A stretch of DNA of 64,000 bases from the NCBI GenBank assembly GCA_050952625.1, contig JBMNLH010000001.1, positions 768,001 through 832,000 on the forward strand, written 5' to 3'. Origin of the DNA: Bacillota bacterium (GTDB lineage: Bacteria > Bacillota > Ch66 > Ch109). The notes under the pieces are model-generated. The model worked only from the letters and a program-made list of their open reading frames with translations, was not told the origin of the DNA and made no database searches. The position numbers and the translations under genes were made by a program. Below are positions 38,445-49,440 of this stretch, piece after piece. Position 1 is the first letter of the stretch, and every line of letters begins with the position of its first letter.

Positions 38445-38801
38445 ATGAATCAGCCTTCAAATAGGTCACAACACTCCAGGGTCTTCAATCCCCCCAAAGC
38501 TGTGGCTTTAGGTTATAATCCGGAGCAGGACCAAGCTCCCCGGGTTCTGGCTGTCGGTCAAGGGGAGATAGCGCAGCGAATCCTGAAACTGGCTCAAGAC
38601 TGCGATATACCCATTCATCAAGATGCAGCCTTAGTAGAAAGGTTAGCAATACTGGATTTAAACACGGAAATCCCGCCAGAGTTATACCAAATTGTCGCAG
38701 AATTACTGATTTTTCTTTATCGCCTGGATGACCGCTGGCAGCAAAAAATGATACCGGGACAGGGGGACCGGTTTGCTGTCCCGGTTAAGAAACTAAAATA
38801 A
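38445..38801 (+). CDS. ylqH: FlhB C-terminal-like protein (YlqH/EscU family)
   Basis: KAVALGY...APRVLA.G.GEIA.RI, EIPPELY..VAE. Confidence 0.88.
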   Translation: MNQPSNRSQHSRVFNPPKAVALGYNPEQDQAPRVLAVGQGEIAQRILKLAQDCDIPIHQDAALVERLAILDLNTEIPPELYQIVAELLIFLYRLDDRWQQKMIPGQGDRFAVPVKKLK

Positions 38802-38907
38802 TAATTGAGATTACCTTCCGATCAGCGGTCTCCGTTCTCCGATGCAAATCGTCAGTCGCTGACCTCTGTTAAAATACGGCGCGAACCGGAGGATTATTAA
38901 CACGAAG

Positions 38908-39282
38908 ATGAAAGATAAGATGAAAGATAAACGGAAACAAACAGGTCAGTTGGGCGAAGAGATTGCTTTAGCTTATTTGCTTGATCAGGGATATCGGCTG
39001 CTAACCCGTAATTACCAGTGTTCTTTAGGAGAAGTCGATCTGATCGTAGCTCAGCAAGATACGCTAGTCTTTGTCGAAGTAAGAACCCGGCACGGTGTTC
39101 GTTATGGATCACCAGAAGAAAGTGTTAGTCGAACCAAACAAGATCGGGTACGTCGAGTAGCCCAATACTATTTGAAAGGTTATCCAAATAAAGACGTTCC
39201 GATACGTTTTGACGTAGTTGGCATCGCTCTGGGATTACAGAACGAAGTGGTTAAGCTAAACCATATTCAAGGCGCATTTTAA
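38908..39282 (+). CDS. yraN: YraN family endonuclease-like protein
   Basis: G..GEEIA..YL, GEVDLI, VFVEVRTR, RFDVV. Confidence 0.93.
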   Translation: MKDKMKDKRKQTGQLGEEIALAYLLDQGYRLLTRNYQCSLGEVDLIVAQQDTLVFVEVRTRHGVRYGSPEESVSRTKQDRVRRVAQYYLKGYPNKDVPIRFDVVGIALGLQNEVVKLNHIQGAF

Positions 39283-39347
39283 CCGGGTGGGGTAAGTGTT
39301 AAATTTTTTTCTTAAAGCCCTTTTTTGGGCTAAATTTCGCACTATGT

Positions 39348-39374
39348 GCAGGAAAATCAAGACTTTCGACGAAT
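39348..39374 (+). promoter_or_regulatory. SigH-type promoter upstream of comM
   Basis: GCAGGAAAA-N11-GACGAAT, matching RNAGGAWWW-N11/12-RNNGAAT. Confidence 0.65.
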
Positions 39375-39415
39375 AACCCTTTGGTATGGAATTACCAGCC
39401 AAGGGGTTGTTTATT

Positions 39416-40972
39416 GTGTTGGCATCAGTTGCTAGTTTAGGCATTTTAGGTTTGGATGGTTATCCAGTATTAGTAGAGGTTGATGTATCAAACGGGCTAC
39501 CGGCCTTTGATCTAGTCGGTTTACCAAGTGCGGCGGTGCGCGAAAGTCGGGAACGGGTTCGGTCAGCCATCCGCAACTCCGGCTTTGATTTTCCTCTGCA
39601 AAGGATAACTGTGAACTTGGCTCCGGCTGATCTGCGTAAAGATGGCCCGGCTTATGATTTGCCAATTGCTTTAGGTATTCTGGCGGCTACCGGCCAGATT
39701 CCAGTGGATAGATTAGAGGCATCGTTTTGGACTGGCGAACTTTCGTTAGATGGTCGGATCCGGGGAATATCCGGTGCCTTAGCGATGGCGGAAACTGTTA
39801 AAAAAGAGACGGTTCGGACCAATTGCTCGCTGTCCCTAATTGTTCCGCTGGAAAATGCGGAAGAAGCAGCCTTGATCGATGGGATTAAAGTTTTTGGAGC
39901 GAGAAACCTTACTGAAGTAGTGGCTGCCTTACGGGACGATTTGCCGCTAACTCAGTTTAATTCTTCCTGGTCCGAACGATTGCAGGAATATTTGAATAAT
40001 AAAACTGCTGGCGTCAATTTTGAGCAGGTTAAGGGGCAGGAGTCAACTAAACGGGCTTTAGAAATTGCGGCTGCCGGTTCTCATAATCTGTTGCTAATAG
40101 GTCCTCCTGGAGCCGGAAAAACCATGTTGATTCGGCGTTTCCCGACGATCTTACCTTCGGTAACGTTCGATGAATCATTGGAGATTACTCGGATCTATAG
40201 TGTCGCTGGTTTGTTGCCCCAGGGTCAACCCGTTATTTTTGAACGCCCATTTCGTTCACCGCATCATACCTGTACCGCTGTTACGTTAGTTGGGGGCGGA
40301 AGAATACCTCGACCGGGAGAAGTTAGCCTAGCTCACCGAGGGGTTCTATTCCTAGATGAGTTACTGGAGTTTAATCGGGAAGTTTTGGAAGCTTTGCGTC
40401 AACCATTGGAAGATGGTCAGATAACAGTTTCCCGCTTAAATACGACTCTTACTTTTCCTAGTCGCTTTGTACTAGTGTCTTCGATGAATCCTTGTCCGTG
40501 CGGGTATTATGGTGACAACCTGCATGAATGCGTTTGTACGCCGCAGCAGATAAAGCGCTATCGACAACGATTGTCCGGGCCCCTCCTTGACCGCTTTGAT
40601 ATCCAGGTGGAGGTTCCTCGGCTAAGCTTTGACGAGTTAGCGACAGAGGCCAAAGGCGAATCATCGGTCATAATCCGACAAAGGGTAGAGGAAGCGCGGT
40701 GCAGGCAAAGGGAACGCCTTGCGAGAAGAGGTCTCACCAATAATGCCGAAATGGGTAGTCAAGAATTAGAGGAGTTTTGTTACCTGGATTCTGAGGGGAG
40801 AAATCTATTGCAAATGGCCTTTGAGCAGTTGGGACTTAGTGCGCGGGCTTATAATCGTATTCTGCGATTAGCCCGCACGATTGCTGACTTGGCCGGGGCT
40901 TCAGATATTATGGCGTCTCACCTGGCAGAAGCTATTCAATACCGTGTGCTTGATCGACCGATTCTGGAATAA
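39416..40972 (+). CDS. comM: YifB/ComM family AAA+ ATPase
   Basis: VNLAPADLRK, GPPGAGKT, RPFRSPHH, GEVSLAHRGVLFLDE, LSARAY.RILR. Confidence 0.93.
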   Translation: MLASVASLGILGLDGYPVLVEVDVSNGLPAFDLVGLPSAAVRESRERVRSAIRNSGFDFPLQRITVNLAPADLRKDGPAYDLPIALGILAATGQIPVDRLEASFWTGELSLDGRIRGISGALAMAETVKKETVRTNCSLSLIVPLENAEEAALIDGIKVFGARNLTEVVAALRDDLPLTQFNSSWSERLQEYLNNKTAGVNFEQVKGQESTKRALEIAAAGSHNLLLIGPPGAGKTMLIRRFPTILPSVTFDESLEITRIYSVAGLLPQGQPVIFERPFRSPHHTCTAVTLVGGGRIPRPGEVSLAHRGVLFLDELLEFNREVLEALRQPLEDGQITVSRLNTTLTFPSRFVLVSSMNPCPCGYYGDNLHECVCTPQQIKRYRQRLSGPLLDRFDIQVEVPRLSFDELATEAKGESSVIIRQRVEEARCRQRERLARRGLTNNAEMGSQELEEFCYLDSEGRNLLQMAFEQLGLSARAYNRILRLARTIADLAGASDIMASHLAEAIQYRVLDRPILE

Positions 40973-41182
40973 TTTTTTGATCAGTTAAGATTGAAAGCCG
41001 CTCATACATATACTATGGATAAGGGAGTCCATCCTTAACATCTATCAATCTATGGTTAATAAAAAATTAGTTTAGCATCGTGTTATTGCTATGAGTTATT
41101 AGTTTATTGTAGTGCGAATTAGTGCATCTAAAAAATATTTTTCATTCTTTAAAGGAATTGGCATCAACGATTTTTTAGGCAG

Positions 41183-41587
41183 GTGAGATTAACAGTGGAA
41201 TCGACTAGCGAGGATAGGATTTTGGCGGCGGTGAGTCACCTGGGGATTTTTTTAAACCTGCTCGGAATTGTTTTGGCTCTCATTATTTATTTACTAAAAC
41301 AGGAGCAGTCCAAGTTTATTGCCCACCACGCCAAACAAGCAGTTGGTTTCCAGCTAGTAGTTGTGATCGCGGGAGCAGTTGCTGGATTCAGTGGTTTTGG
41401 AGTGGCTCTAGGAAGCCTGTTTTTTGGGCCAGGTCCTGGAGTTGTTGGGATTGTCGGGGTGGCGGTATTTTTTTGGCTGACCATTGTTCTTGTAGCTATT
41501 TGCGCAATAGTTGGAGCAGTGCGGGCGTTAATGGGTAAAGACTTTCAGTATCCGCTGGTAGGAGAATTAATCGATCGAATCGTTTAA
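41183..41587 (+). CDS. DUF4870 (Tic20-like) membrane protein
   Basis: EDRILAAVSHL, FIAHHAKQAVGFQ, GKDFQYPLVG. Confidence 0.85.
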   Translation: MRLTVESTSEDRILAAVSHLGIFLNLLGIVLALIIYLLKQEQSKFIAHHAKQAVGFQLVVVIAGAVAGFSGFGVALGSLFFGPGPGVVGIVGVAVFFWLTIVLVAICAIVGAVRALMGKDFQYPLVGELIDRIV

Positions 41588-41609
41588 ACAACTTTGAAAT
41601 CAGGAGGTT

Positions 41610-42746
41610 ATGTTGGATAAGAAGGCTTACTGGATCGGCTTAACGCGGGTTAATGGTCTGGGACCGAAAAGGTTTCAACTCTTAATGAAAAAGTTTGGTG
41701 ATCCGGAGACAGTCTGGAAAGCCAAAGAAAACAGTTTGGCAGAGGTATTGGGGGCCCATTCGCCGGTCCTTAGAAATCTGTTAGAATGTAGGGGCAGTTT
41801 GGATTTAACCAAAGAAATTATTAACCTGGAAAAGAATGAGGTTCAGGTACTAACCTTGGAGGATCCAGATTACCCGGTTAACTTGTTAAATATCCACGAT
41901 CCTCCGCCAGTTTTGTATATTCGAGGTTCCTTACCCGGACCAGATTTCAAGACCATGGCGGTGGTTGGGTCACGCCGGGCAACTCCCTATGGTAAGGCCA
42001 TAGCTGAACAGCTTGGTTACGATCTAACGATAAGCGGTTTTGTGGTAGTGAGTGGCTTAGCTCGAGGGATTGACACCTGTGCTCATCGAGGGGCTTTGAA
42101 AGCGAAAGGACCAACCATCGCGGTATTGGGATGTGGCGTGGATATCGTCTATCCCCGGGAAAACAAGGGAATATTTCAGGAAATAATTGAGAGTGGGGCT
42201 ATTATCAGTGAGTTTCCTTTAGGTGCCCCGCCAGAAGCCAGGAATTTTCCGGCCAGAAATCGGATTATTAGCGGACTATCCCTGGGGGTGGTGGTCGTGG
42301 AAGCGGCAGAAGATGGCGGAGCCTTAATTACAGCTGACTTTGCCTTAGAACAGGGAAGAGATGTTTTTGCGGTCCCTGGTCCGATAACTAGTCGATATAG
42401 CCGGGGAACTAACCGGCTGATCAAGGAAGGGGCAAGGTTAATCGAGGGCGTAGCGGATATTATTGAAGAGTATCCGTTAGTCGGAGAATACTTGCCATCG
42501 AAGCCGACCGAGCAGTTAAGTTGGCCTGTAGAAGAGCCTTTAACAAATCTGATTGCGCTCAGTGAAGAAGAGGGGGTTCTGGTCGAACTCCTGTCTCTAG
42601 ATCCGGTCGCCGTAGATCATCTGATTACTGCCAGTGGGTTGACGGCGTCACGGGTTAACTCTATACTTATGTTCTTAGAAATGAAAGGTTTAGTTCGACA
42701 ACTGCCGGGTCGACGGTATGTTCGGGCGGGAAAAATTAGTTTTTAA
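41610..42746 (+). CDS. dprA: DNA-processing protein DprA
   Basis: PPPVLY.RG, AVVGSR, VSGLARGID, FPARNRIISGLS. Confidence 0.96.
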   Translation: MLDKKAYWIGLTRVNGLGPKRFQLLMKKFGDPETVWKAKENSLAEVLGAHSPVLRNLLECRGSLDLTKEIINLEKNEVQVLTLEDPDYPVNLLNIHDPPPVLYIRGSLPGPDFKTMAVVGSRRATPYGKAIAEQLGYDLTISGFVVVSGLARGIDTCAHRGALKAKGPTIAVLGCGVDIVYPRENKGIFQEIIESGAIISEFPLGAPPEARNFPARNRIISGLSLGVVVVEAAEDGGALITADFALEQGRDVFAVPGPITSRYSRGTNRLIKEGARLIEGVADIIEEYPLVGEYLPSKPTEQLSWPVEEPLTNLIALSEEEGVLVELLSLDPVAVDHLITASGLTASRVNSILMFLEMKGLVRQLPGRRYVRAGKISF

Positions 42747-42831
42747 TTTGGTGTTTAGCTAATGGCATTTAGGAATATCCTATTTCTAGGTAATAATTAA
42801 TTTGATGAAACAGGTATTGGGGTGAGGGTAA

Positions 42832-45057
42832 TTGTCAAAAGTGCTGGTGATTGTGGAGTCTCCAGCTAAGGCTAAAACGATTGAAAAGTTTTTGGGCCGA
42901 CGTTACGCAGTCAAAGCATCAATGGGTCACGTACGGGATCTGCCCAAGAGTCAGTTTGGGGTTGATGTAGAACAGGATTTTGAACCAAAATATATTAACA
43001 TCCGGGGAAAAGGAGATATAATTAAAGAACTGCGGAATGCAGCCAAGGGAGCTTCACGAGTTTTGTTAGCAGCTGACCCGGATCGGGAAGGAGAGGCAAT
43101 TGCCTGGCATCTTCAGCATTTGTTGAATATAAAACCGGATGACAATTGTCGCATCGAATTTAATGAAATAACCAAGAAGGCCATTGAAAACGCGGTCAAA
43201 ACACCTCGGCCGATAGATCATGACCGAGTTGATGCCCAACAGGCACGCCGGATTTTGGATCGAGTAGTGGGTTATAACCTAAGTCCTTTACTCTGGAGAA
43301 AGATCCGACGTGGTTTAAGTGCTGGGCGCGTCCAATCAGTCGCGGTCCGGCTAATCTGCGATCGAGAACAAGAGATACAGGCGTTTGTTCCTGAAGAATA
43401 CTGGACCTTGACCGGTACATTCGGGACGGTAAAAGGCAAAAGTTCTCGCTTTCCCGCTAAACTGCTTAGTCGGGATGGGGAAAAGATAACGGTTTCCGAC
43501 GCAAAAAGCATGCAGCACATTCTGCAGGATCTGGCCAATGCTCAGTACCAGATACGGCAGATTAAAAAACGCGAGACACAACGAAAACCGGCGGCCCCTT
43601 TTACCACTAGTACACTGCAGCAAGAAGCATACCGTAAACTTAATTTTACTGCCCGAAGGACAATGCGGGTAGCCCAGCAGCTTTATGAAGGACTAACTTT
43701 AGGTAAGGAAGGCACAGTTGGCCTAATCAGTTATATTCGAACAGACTCTACCAGGATTTCACCAGAAATCCAGCAGCAGGCTCGCTCATACATTCTTCAG
43801 AAATTCGGGGCTGATTTTGTACCGACCGAGCCTAGGCAATACGCTTCTGGAAAAAAAGCCCAGGATGCCCATGAGGCAATTCGACCGACTGATATCTTAC
43901 GCACCCCTGAAACGATTAAAGACTTGGTCACCGCAGAGCAGTTTAAACTGTACCGGTTGATCTGGGAACGGTTTGTGGCTAGCCAGATGAGTTCAGCTCT
44001 ATTAGAATTAACTCGGGTAGAAATAGAAGCGACCGGTTCCCAGCATGCTTATGGCTTTCGAGCTAATGGATCAATCGTTCGTTTTCCCGGGTTCATGCAG
44101 GTCTATGTTGAGGATCGGGATGGGTCCGGCAAAGAAGGGGAGACTATTCTGCCAGAATTAGCGGAAGGTGAATACTTAAAAGCTTATAAACTCGAGGATA
44201 AACAACACTTTACGCAACCACCGCCGCGCTATGGAGAGGCGAGTCTGGTTAAAACGCTAGAGGAAAAAGGAATCGGTCGGCCAAGTACCTATGCCCCAAC
44301 CATTGAAACAATCGTTTCCCGGGGTTATGTTGCCCGGCAGGACAAACAGTTTATTCCCACAGAACTGGGAATGCTGGTAGTTGAAATGCTAAAGCAGTAT
44401 TTTCCGGATATTATTGACGTTGAGTTTACCGCGGCTCTTGAAGAAAAATTGGATCAGATTGAAGAAGGTTCACTTTCCTGGAAACAGGTGATTCGCGACT
44501 TCTATCATCCTTTTAAAAACACTTTAGATTATGCGGATGAGCAGATTGGTCGAGTCGAACTTACTGATGAAGAAACTGAAGAACCATGCCCCCAGTGCGG
44601 TCGGTTTATGGTCATCAAACACGGTCCTTTTGGTCGATTCTTGGCTTGTCCTGGGTTCCCAGAATGCAAGACAACTCGACCAATTTTAGAAGAGATTGGG
44701 GTTGAGTGCCCTCGCTGTGGAAAACAGATCGTAGTTAGGCACAGCAAAAAGGGACGTAAGTTTTATGGTTGCAGTGGTTTCCCGGAGTGTCATTTTGTCG
44801 CTTGGGATTTGCCGACCAATCAGAAATGTCCCGAATGCGGCAATCTTTTAGCTGAAAAATCCTCCCGGAATAAGGAAAAATATTTGCTTTGCATCGATCG
44901 TGAGTGCGGTTACCGATCGAATGGAGAAGGTAGAGATAAACAGCCTTCAAATAAAAAGACGAAGAAAAAAACTCAAACCTCTGAGACAGAGATAAAATCA
45001 AAAAGTGGCGGTAGTCCTGGAAAAACCAAAAAAACGCCGCAGAAGAAAGCACACTAA
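42832..45057 (+). CDS. topA: DNA topoisomerase I
   Basis: IVESPAKAKTI, DPDREGEAI, SAGRVQS, SYIRTDS, three zinc ribbons and a Lys-rich tail. Confidence 0.97.
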   Translation: MSKVLVIVESPAKAKTIEKFLGRRYAVKASMGHVRDLPKSQFGVDVEQDFEPKYINIRGKGDIIKELRNAAKGASRVLLAADPDREGEAIAWHLQHLLNIKPDDNCRIEFNEITKKAIENAVKTPRPIDHDRVDAQQARRILDRVVGYNLSPLLWRKIRRGLSAGRVQSVAVRLICDREQEIQAFVPEEYWTLTGTFGTVKGKSSRFPAKLLSRDGEKITVSDAKSMQHILQDLANAQYQIRQIKKRETQRKPAAPFTTSTLQQEAYRKLNFTARRTMRVAQQLYEGLTLGKEGTVGLISYIRTDSTRISPEIQQQARSYILQKFGADFVPTEPRQYASGKKAQDAHEAIRPTDILRTPETIKDLVTAEQFKLYRLIWERFVASQMSSALLELTRVEIEATGSQHAYGFRANGSIVRFPGFMQVYVEDRDGSGKEGETILPELAEGEYLKAYKLEDKQHFTQPPPRYGEASLVKTLEEKGIGRPSTYAPTIETIVSRGYVARQDKQFIPTELGMLVVEMLKQYFPDIIDVEFTAALEEKLDQIEEGSLSWKQVIRDFYHPFKNTLDYADEQIGRVELTDEETEEPCPQCGRFMVIKHGPFGRFLACPGFPECKTTRPILEEIGVECPRCGKQIVVRHSKKGRKFYGCSGFPECHFVAWDLPTNQKCPECGNLLAEKSSRNKEKYLLCIDRECGYRSNGEGRDKQPSNKKTKKKTQTSETEIKSKSGGSPGKTKKTPQKKAH

Positions 45058-45060
45058 AGG

Positions 45061-46383
45061 ATGATGGCTTTGCCTGATCGAGAAAAAGTAGTCAAAGTTG
45101 TTGGTGGTGGTCTGGCCGGGTGCGAGGCTGCCTGGCAGTTAGCCAAACGAGGGGTTCAGGTTAAACTCTGGGAGATGAGACCCGCGGTTTGTACACCGGT
45201 TCATCACTCCGGCTGGCTGGCAGAACTGGTATGCAGCAACTCTTTGCGCTCTAATGAATTAAATAGTGCCCCTGGCCTTTTAAAGGAGGAAATGCGACGC
45301 CTGGGTTCACTGATTATTGCCTGTGCCGATGCCAATCAGGTTCCAGCCGGCGGAGCACTGGCGGTTGATCGCGAAGGTTTTAGCCAGGCCGTGACCGAAG
45401 CAATCGAGGGTCATCCTTTGATTGAACTTTATCGGGAAGAGGTCTCTGAAATCAACCCGACAGAACCAGTTTTAGTAGCGACTGGCCCCCTTACCTCACC
45501 GGCTCTAGCTAAACATCTGCAGAATCTGACTGGTGAAGATTACTTGAGTTTTTATGATGCGGCGGCTCCAATAGTGACCCGGGAATCTTTAGCTGAGGAA
45601 CATGTTTTTTGGGCCTCCAGATACGAAAAAGGAGAACCAGCTTATCTAAACTGTCCGCTTAACGAAGAGGAATATCGCATTTTTTACGAAGCATTGGTCA
45701 CTGCCGAGAGACATTTGGGTAAAGAGTGTGATGATCTGAGGTTTTTTGAGGGCTGTATGCCGGTCGAGGTTATGGCTGATCGGGGATTCGATACTCTGCG
45801 CTTTGGACCGATGAAACCAGTTGGTCTGATCGATCCGCGCACTGGTCGAATTCCTTATGCTGTGGTTCAATTGCGGCAGGATAACCGCGAAGGGACTCTT
45901 TTCAATCTGGTTGGCTTTCAGACTCAGTTAAAGTGGCCGGAGCAAGCCCGAGTTTTCCGTTTGATTCCTGGTTTGCGGGAAGCCGAGTTTGTTCGATTTG
46001 GGGTGATCCATCGCAATTCGTATATTAATAGCCCAGTGTTGTTAAAGCCGACTCTCCAGATGCGGCAATACCCGGCTGTGTTTTTTGCTGGTCAATTAAC
46101 CGGAGTCGAAGGTTATATTGAATCAGCGGCTAGCGGGCTAGTGGCTGGAATTAACTTGGCTCGTTTTGTTTGGGGTCAAGAGCCAGTAGTATTTGCGCCA
46201 GAAACTGCTCACGGGGCCTTGTGTCACTACATTACCTCAGCCATCCCAACCTCATTTCGACCAATGAACATTGCCTTTGGCCTCATGCCAGCCCTGCCTC
46301 GACGGGTTCGAGATCGACGGCAGCGTAACGAACTCTTGACCCAAAGAGCCCTGAAAATAGTAGACAATTATGAGAATTTTTAA
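45061..46383 (+). CDS. trmFO: Folate/FAD-dependent tRNA m5U54 methyltransferase
   Basis: GGGLAGCEAAWQ, AELVCSNSLR, FFEGCMP, AGQLTGVEGY. Confidence 0.96.
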   Translation: MMALPDREKVVKVVGGGLAGCEAAWQLAKRGVQVKLWEMRPAVCTPVHHSGWLAELVCSNSLRSNELNSAPGLLKEEMRRLGSLIIACADANQVPAGGALAVDREGFSQAVTEAIEGHPLIELYREEVSEINPTEPVLVATGPLTSPALAKHLQNLTGEDYLSFYDAAAPIVTRESLAEEHVFWASRYEKGEPAYLNCPLNEEEYRIFYEALVTAERHLGKECDDLRFFEGCMPVEVMADRGFDTLRFGPMKPVGLIDPRTGRIPYAVVQLRQDNREGTLFNLVGFQTQLKWPEQARVFRLIPGLREAEFVRFGVIHRNSYINSPVLLKPTLQMRQYPAVFFAGQLTGVEGYIESAASGLVAGINLARFVWGQEPVVFAPETAHGALCHYITSAIPTSFRPMNIAFGLMPALPRRVRDRRQRNELLTQRALKIVDNYENF

Positions 46384-46509
46384 AAAAATAGCTTGTTCCT
46401 AATCCCACTATGTGTTAACATAAAAAAGATAGAATTTTAGATTGTGGCTACTGGATTTTAGAAAACTTATTAATCTTTTCGATAATTCAGTGTCTTGATG
46501 AGGGCTGCT

Positions 46510-47457
46510 GTGAGCAATCTGTACCAGGTAATAGATGATTTCTTAATGTCCTTAAAGACGGAAAAAAACTTAGCGGAGCTTACTCTGGTTAATTATTCCT
46601 CTGACCTTATCCAGTTTGTGGACTTTGCGGCGGAAACATTCAATCAGCCCGCAGAGACTATTCGTCCGGTTCAAATAACACATCTTATCATTCGCCAATA
46701 CCTAGGACAGTTGCAGAATCTGAAACGCAGCCGGGCAACAATTGCCCGGAAGCTGGCTGCTTTACGGTCCTTGTTTAAGTATTTGCTCCGAGCCGGGGTA
46801 ATCGAAAAAAACCCATTAGATTTAATAAGTACCCCGCGACAAGAAAAACGACTACCTGATTTTCTGGATGAAATGGAAGCAGCTAAATTGGTCGAGAGCC
46901 CGAGCGAAGACGGCCCCTTAGGGCTTAGGGATCGGGCTCTTTTAGAGGTAATTTATGGGTCAGGATTACGGGTTAGTGAACTGGTTGGTTTGAATTTGCT
47001 TGATGTTGACCTGAATACTGGTTATCTGAGAATTTGGGGAAAAGGAGGAAAAGAGCGGATTGTGCCGCTTGGTTCTCAAGCCGCTCAAGCTCTTAAAGCC
47101 TATCTGACTAAGGCTAGACCAGTTCTGCTAAAGAAAAGGAAGGCACCAATTAAAGAAAAGGAAAGATCGGATCAAGATCAGGCAATCTTTTTAAACCACT
47201 TGGGTACACGTTTATCTGCCCGTGGGGTCCGAGATCTGCTCAAAAAATATGCCAGTCAGTCTGCCTTGGGTAAGAAAGTTTTCCCACATATGTTGCGGCA
47301 CTCCTTTGCGACTCATCTTTTGGACCGAGGGGCTGATCTGCGATCTGTGCAGGAGTTATTGGGGCATACCCGCCTTTCTACGACTCAGGTATATACTCAT
47401 GTAACTAGGGAGCAACTTCGTAAAGTATATTTACAGAGCCATCCCCGAGAGAGGTGA
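46510..47457 (+). CDS. xerC: Tyrosine recombinase XerC/CodV
   Basis: [34 protein letters not shown]...TTQVYTH; cod operon context. Confidence 0.92.
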   Translation: MSNLYQVIDDFLMSLKTEKNLAELTLVNYSSDLIQFVDFAAETFNQPAETIRPVQITHLIIRQYLGQLQNLKRSRATIARKLAALRSLFKYLLRAGVIEKNPLDLISTPRQEKRLPDFLDEMEAAKLVESPSEDGPLGLRDRALLEVIYGSGLRVSELVGLNLLDVDLNTGYLRIWGKGGKERIVPLGSQAAQALKAYLTKARPVLLKKRKAPIKEKERSDQDQAIFLNHLGTRLSARGVRDLLKKYASQSALGKKVFPHMLRHSFATHLLDRGADLRSVQELLGHTRLSTTQVYTHVTREQLRKVYLQSHPRER

Positions 47458-48008
47458 TCAAGATTATTCGAGGTACGACTATTGTCGCAGTTCAAAGGCT
47501 TGGGCAAACTGCTGTAGCTGGAGACGGCCAAGTTACGTTTGGCAATTCAATTGTCATGAAGCATCAGGCTCGCAAGGTCCGCCGCCTCTATCATGGTCAA
47601 GTGATTGCCGGATTTGCCGGCTCAGTAGCCGATGCTTTTACCCTTTTTGAAAAATTTGAAGCAAAATTAGAACAGTATCGAGGGAACTTATCCAGGGCAG
47701 CGGTAGAATTGGCCAAGGAGTGGCGGATGGATAGGGTCCTGCGGCGTTTAGAGGCATTGCTGGTTGTGGCCAATTGCGACAACCTTTTTATTATTTCTGG
47801 TAATGGTGAGGTTATTGAGCCGGATGATGGCGTGGCGACCATTGGATCCGGGGGCCCTTATGCTTTGGCCGCGGCCCGGGCCTTGTGTCAAAATACCGAT
47901 TTGTCCGCCGGGGAAATTGCTCGAGCGGCCATGAAAATAGCCGCTGGGATTTGTGTTTATACAAATGAGAATATAATTGTGGAGGAAATAGGCAAACCCA
48001 TTTCCTGA
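47454..48008 (+). CDS. hslV: ATP-dependent protease peptidase subunit
   Basis: [30 protein letters not shown]. Confidence 0.96.
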   Translation: MIKIIRGTTIVAVQRLGQTAVAGDGQVTFGNSIVMKHQARKVRRLYHGQVIAGFAGSVADAFTLFEKFEAKLEQYRGNLSRAAVELAKEWRMDRVLRRLEALLVVANCDNLFIISGNGEVIEPDDGVATIGSGGPYALAAARALCQNTDLSAGEIARAAMKIAAGICVYTNENIIVEEIGKPIS

Positions 48009-48027
48009 CGTGAGGAGGAATACTGTT

Positions 48028-49424
48028 TTGGAGAATCTAACCCCTCGTCAGATTGTTGAAGAGTTGGATCGATATATAGTCGGACAGACCGAGGCGAAAC
48101 GGGCGGTCGCCGTTGCTTTAAGGAATCGGTATCGCCGTCAATTATTAAATGAGGAGCTTAAGGATGAGGTTATTCCGAAGAATATCCTGATGATCGGGCC
48201 AACTGGTGTGGGAAAAACAGAGATTGCTCGGCGATTGGCGCGATTGGTCAAAGCCCCCTTCGTCAAGGTAGAAGCAACTAAATTTACTGAGGTTGGCTAT
48301 GTTGGCCGGGATGTTGATTCGATGGTTCGAGATTTGGTAGAAACATCGATTCGTATGGTCCGCCAAGAAAAGATGGCTGAGGTCAGGGATCGGGCAGAAC
48401 AACTGACAGAAGACCGTTTGTTAGACATATTGCTTCCCATCCCCTCGCGTCAGGATAAGACTGCCCGAAACCCTTGGAATTGCTTTTTGGAGGTGCCGCT
48501 GAGTCAAATATAGAACAGGAAGATCAACAAAAATGGAAAAGATTGCAGGACCAGCGCGAAATCATTCGCCAACGCTTAAAAAGACAAGAGTTTGAGGATC
48601 GGTTTATCGAGATTGAAGTAACCGATCAAAATCCGTCGATGGTTGAGGTTTTTTCTGGTTCTGGGGTTGAAGAAATGGGGATCAACCTGCAAGACATGCT
48701 GGGCGGTTTATTTCCGAAAAAAAAGCGGAAACGAAAGGTGACTATTGCTGAAGCTCGCAAGATCCTGCTTAATGAAGAGGCTCAAAAACTGATTGATATG
48801 GACGAAGTCGCTAGCTTGGCGGTCAGTCGGGCTGAACAAGCCGGGATAATTTTTCTGGACGAGATAGATAAGATAGCTGGTCAAGAGGGGGCCTATGGTC
48901 CAGATGTTTCTCGGGGTGGAGTGCAACGAGATATTTTACCCATTGTCGAAGGTTCAACCGTGATGACCAAATATGGACCGGTTAAGACTGACTTTATTCT
49001 ATTTATCGCCGCCGGAGCTTTCCATACAGTTAAACCTTCAGACCTGATTCCTGAATTACAGGGTCGTTTTCCTGTGAGGGTGGAATTAAACAGCCTTACT
49101 CAGGCTGAATTCAAGCAAATTTTAACTGAACCGCGCAACTCTTTAATTAAACAGTATACCGCTTTGCTGGGTACAGAAGGCCTTGAGGTCAGTTTTACTG
49201 AGGATGGTCTGGACGAGTTAGCCGAGGTTGCCTATACCGTCAATAATCAAACAGAAAATATTGGGGCTCGACGGCTCCATACGATTTTAGAAAAGTTATT
49301 GGAGGAGCTTTCCTTCAACGCATCTGAAATGTCAGGTCAGCGTTTTATTATAAATAGGGAGTACGTGGAAGCAAAACTACAAAGTATTGCTCGAAATGAA
49401 GACTTGAGTCGGTACATCTTATAA
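48028..49424 (+). pseudogene. hslU: HslU/ClpY ATPase interrupted by a one-base frameshift near 48471-48475 (possibly sequencing error)
   Basis: First ORF has [13 protein letters not shown]; second has FLDEIDK, GVQRD and C-terminal DLSRYIL; adding one base in AACCCTTGG gives a continuous NPLELLFG. Confidence 0.88.
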
Positions 49425-49440
49425 TTTAGGGGGTAGTATT

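Noticed and set aside
38905-38930. 12-bp tandem duplication at the yraN start (MKDK MKDK)
   Set aside because: Two in-frame units only; no functional implication evident
46510-47457. Tyrosine recombinase as a phage or island integrase
   Set aside because: Sits in the conserved trmFO-xerC-hslVU-codY operon with no att sites or cargo genes
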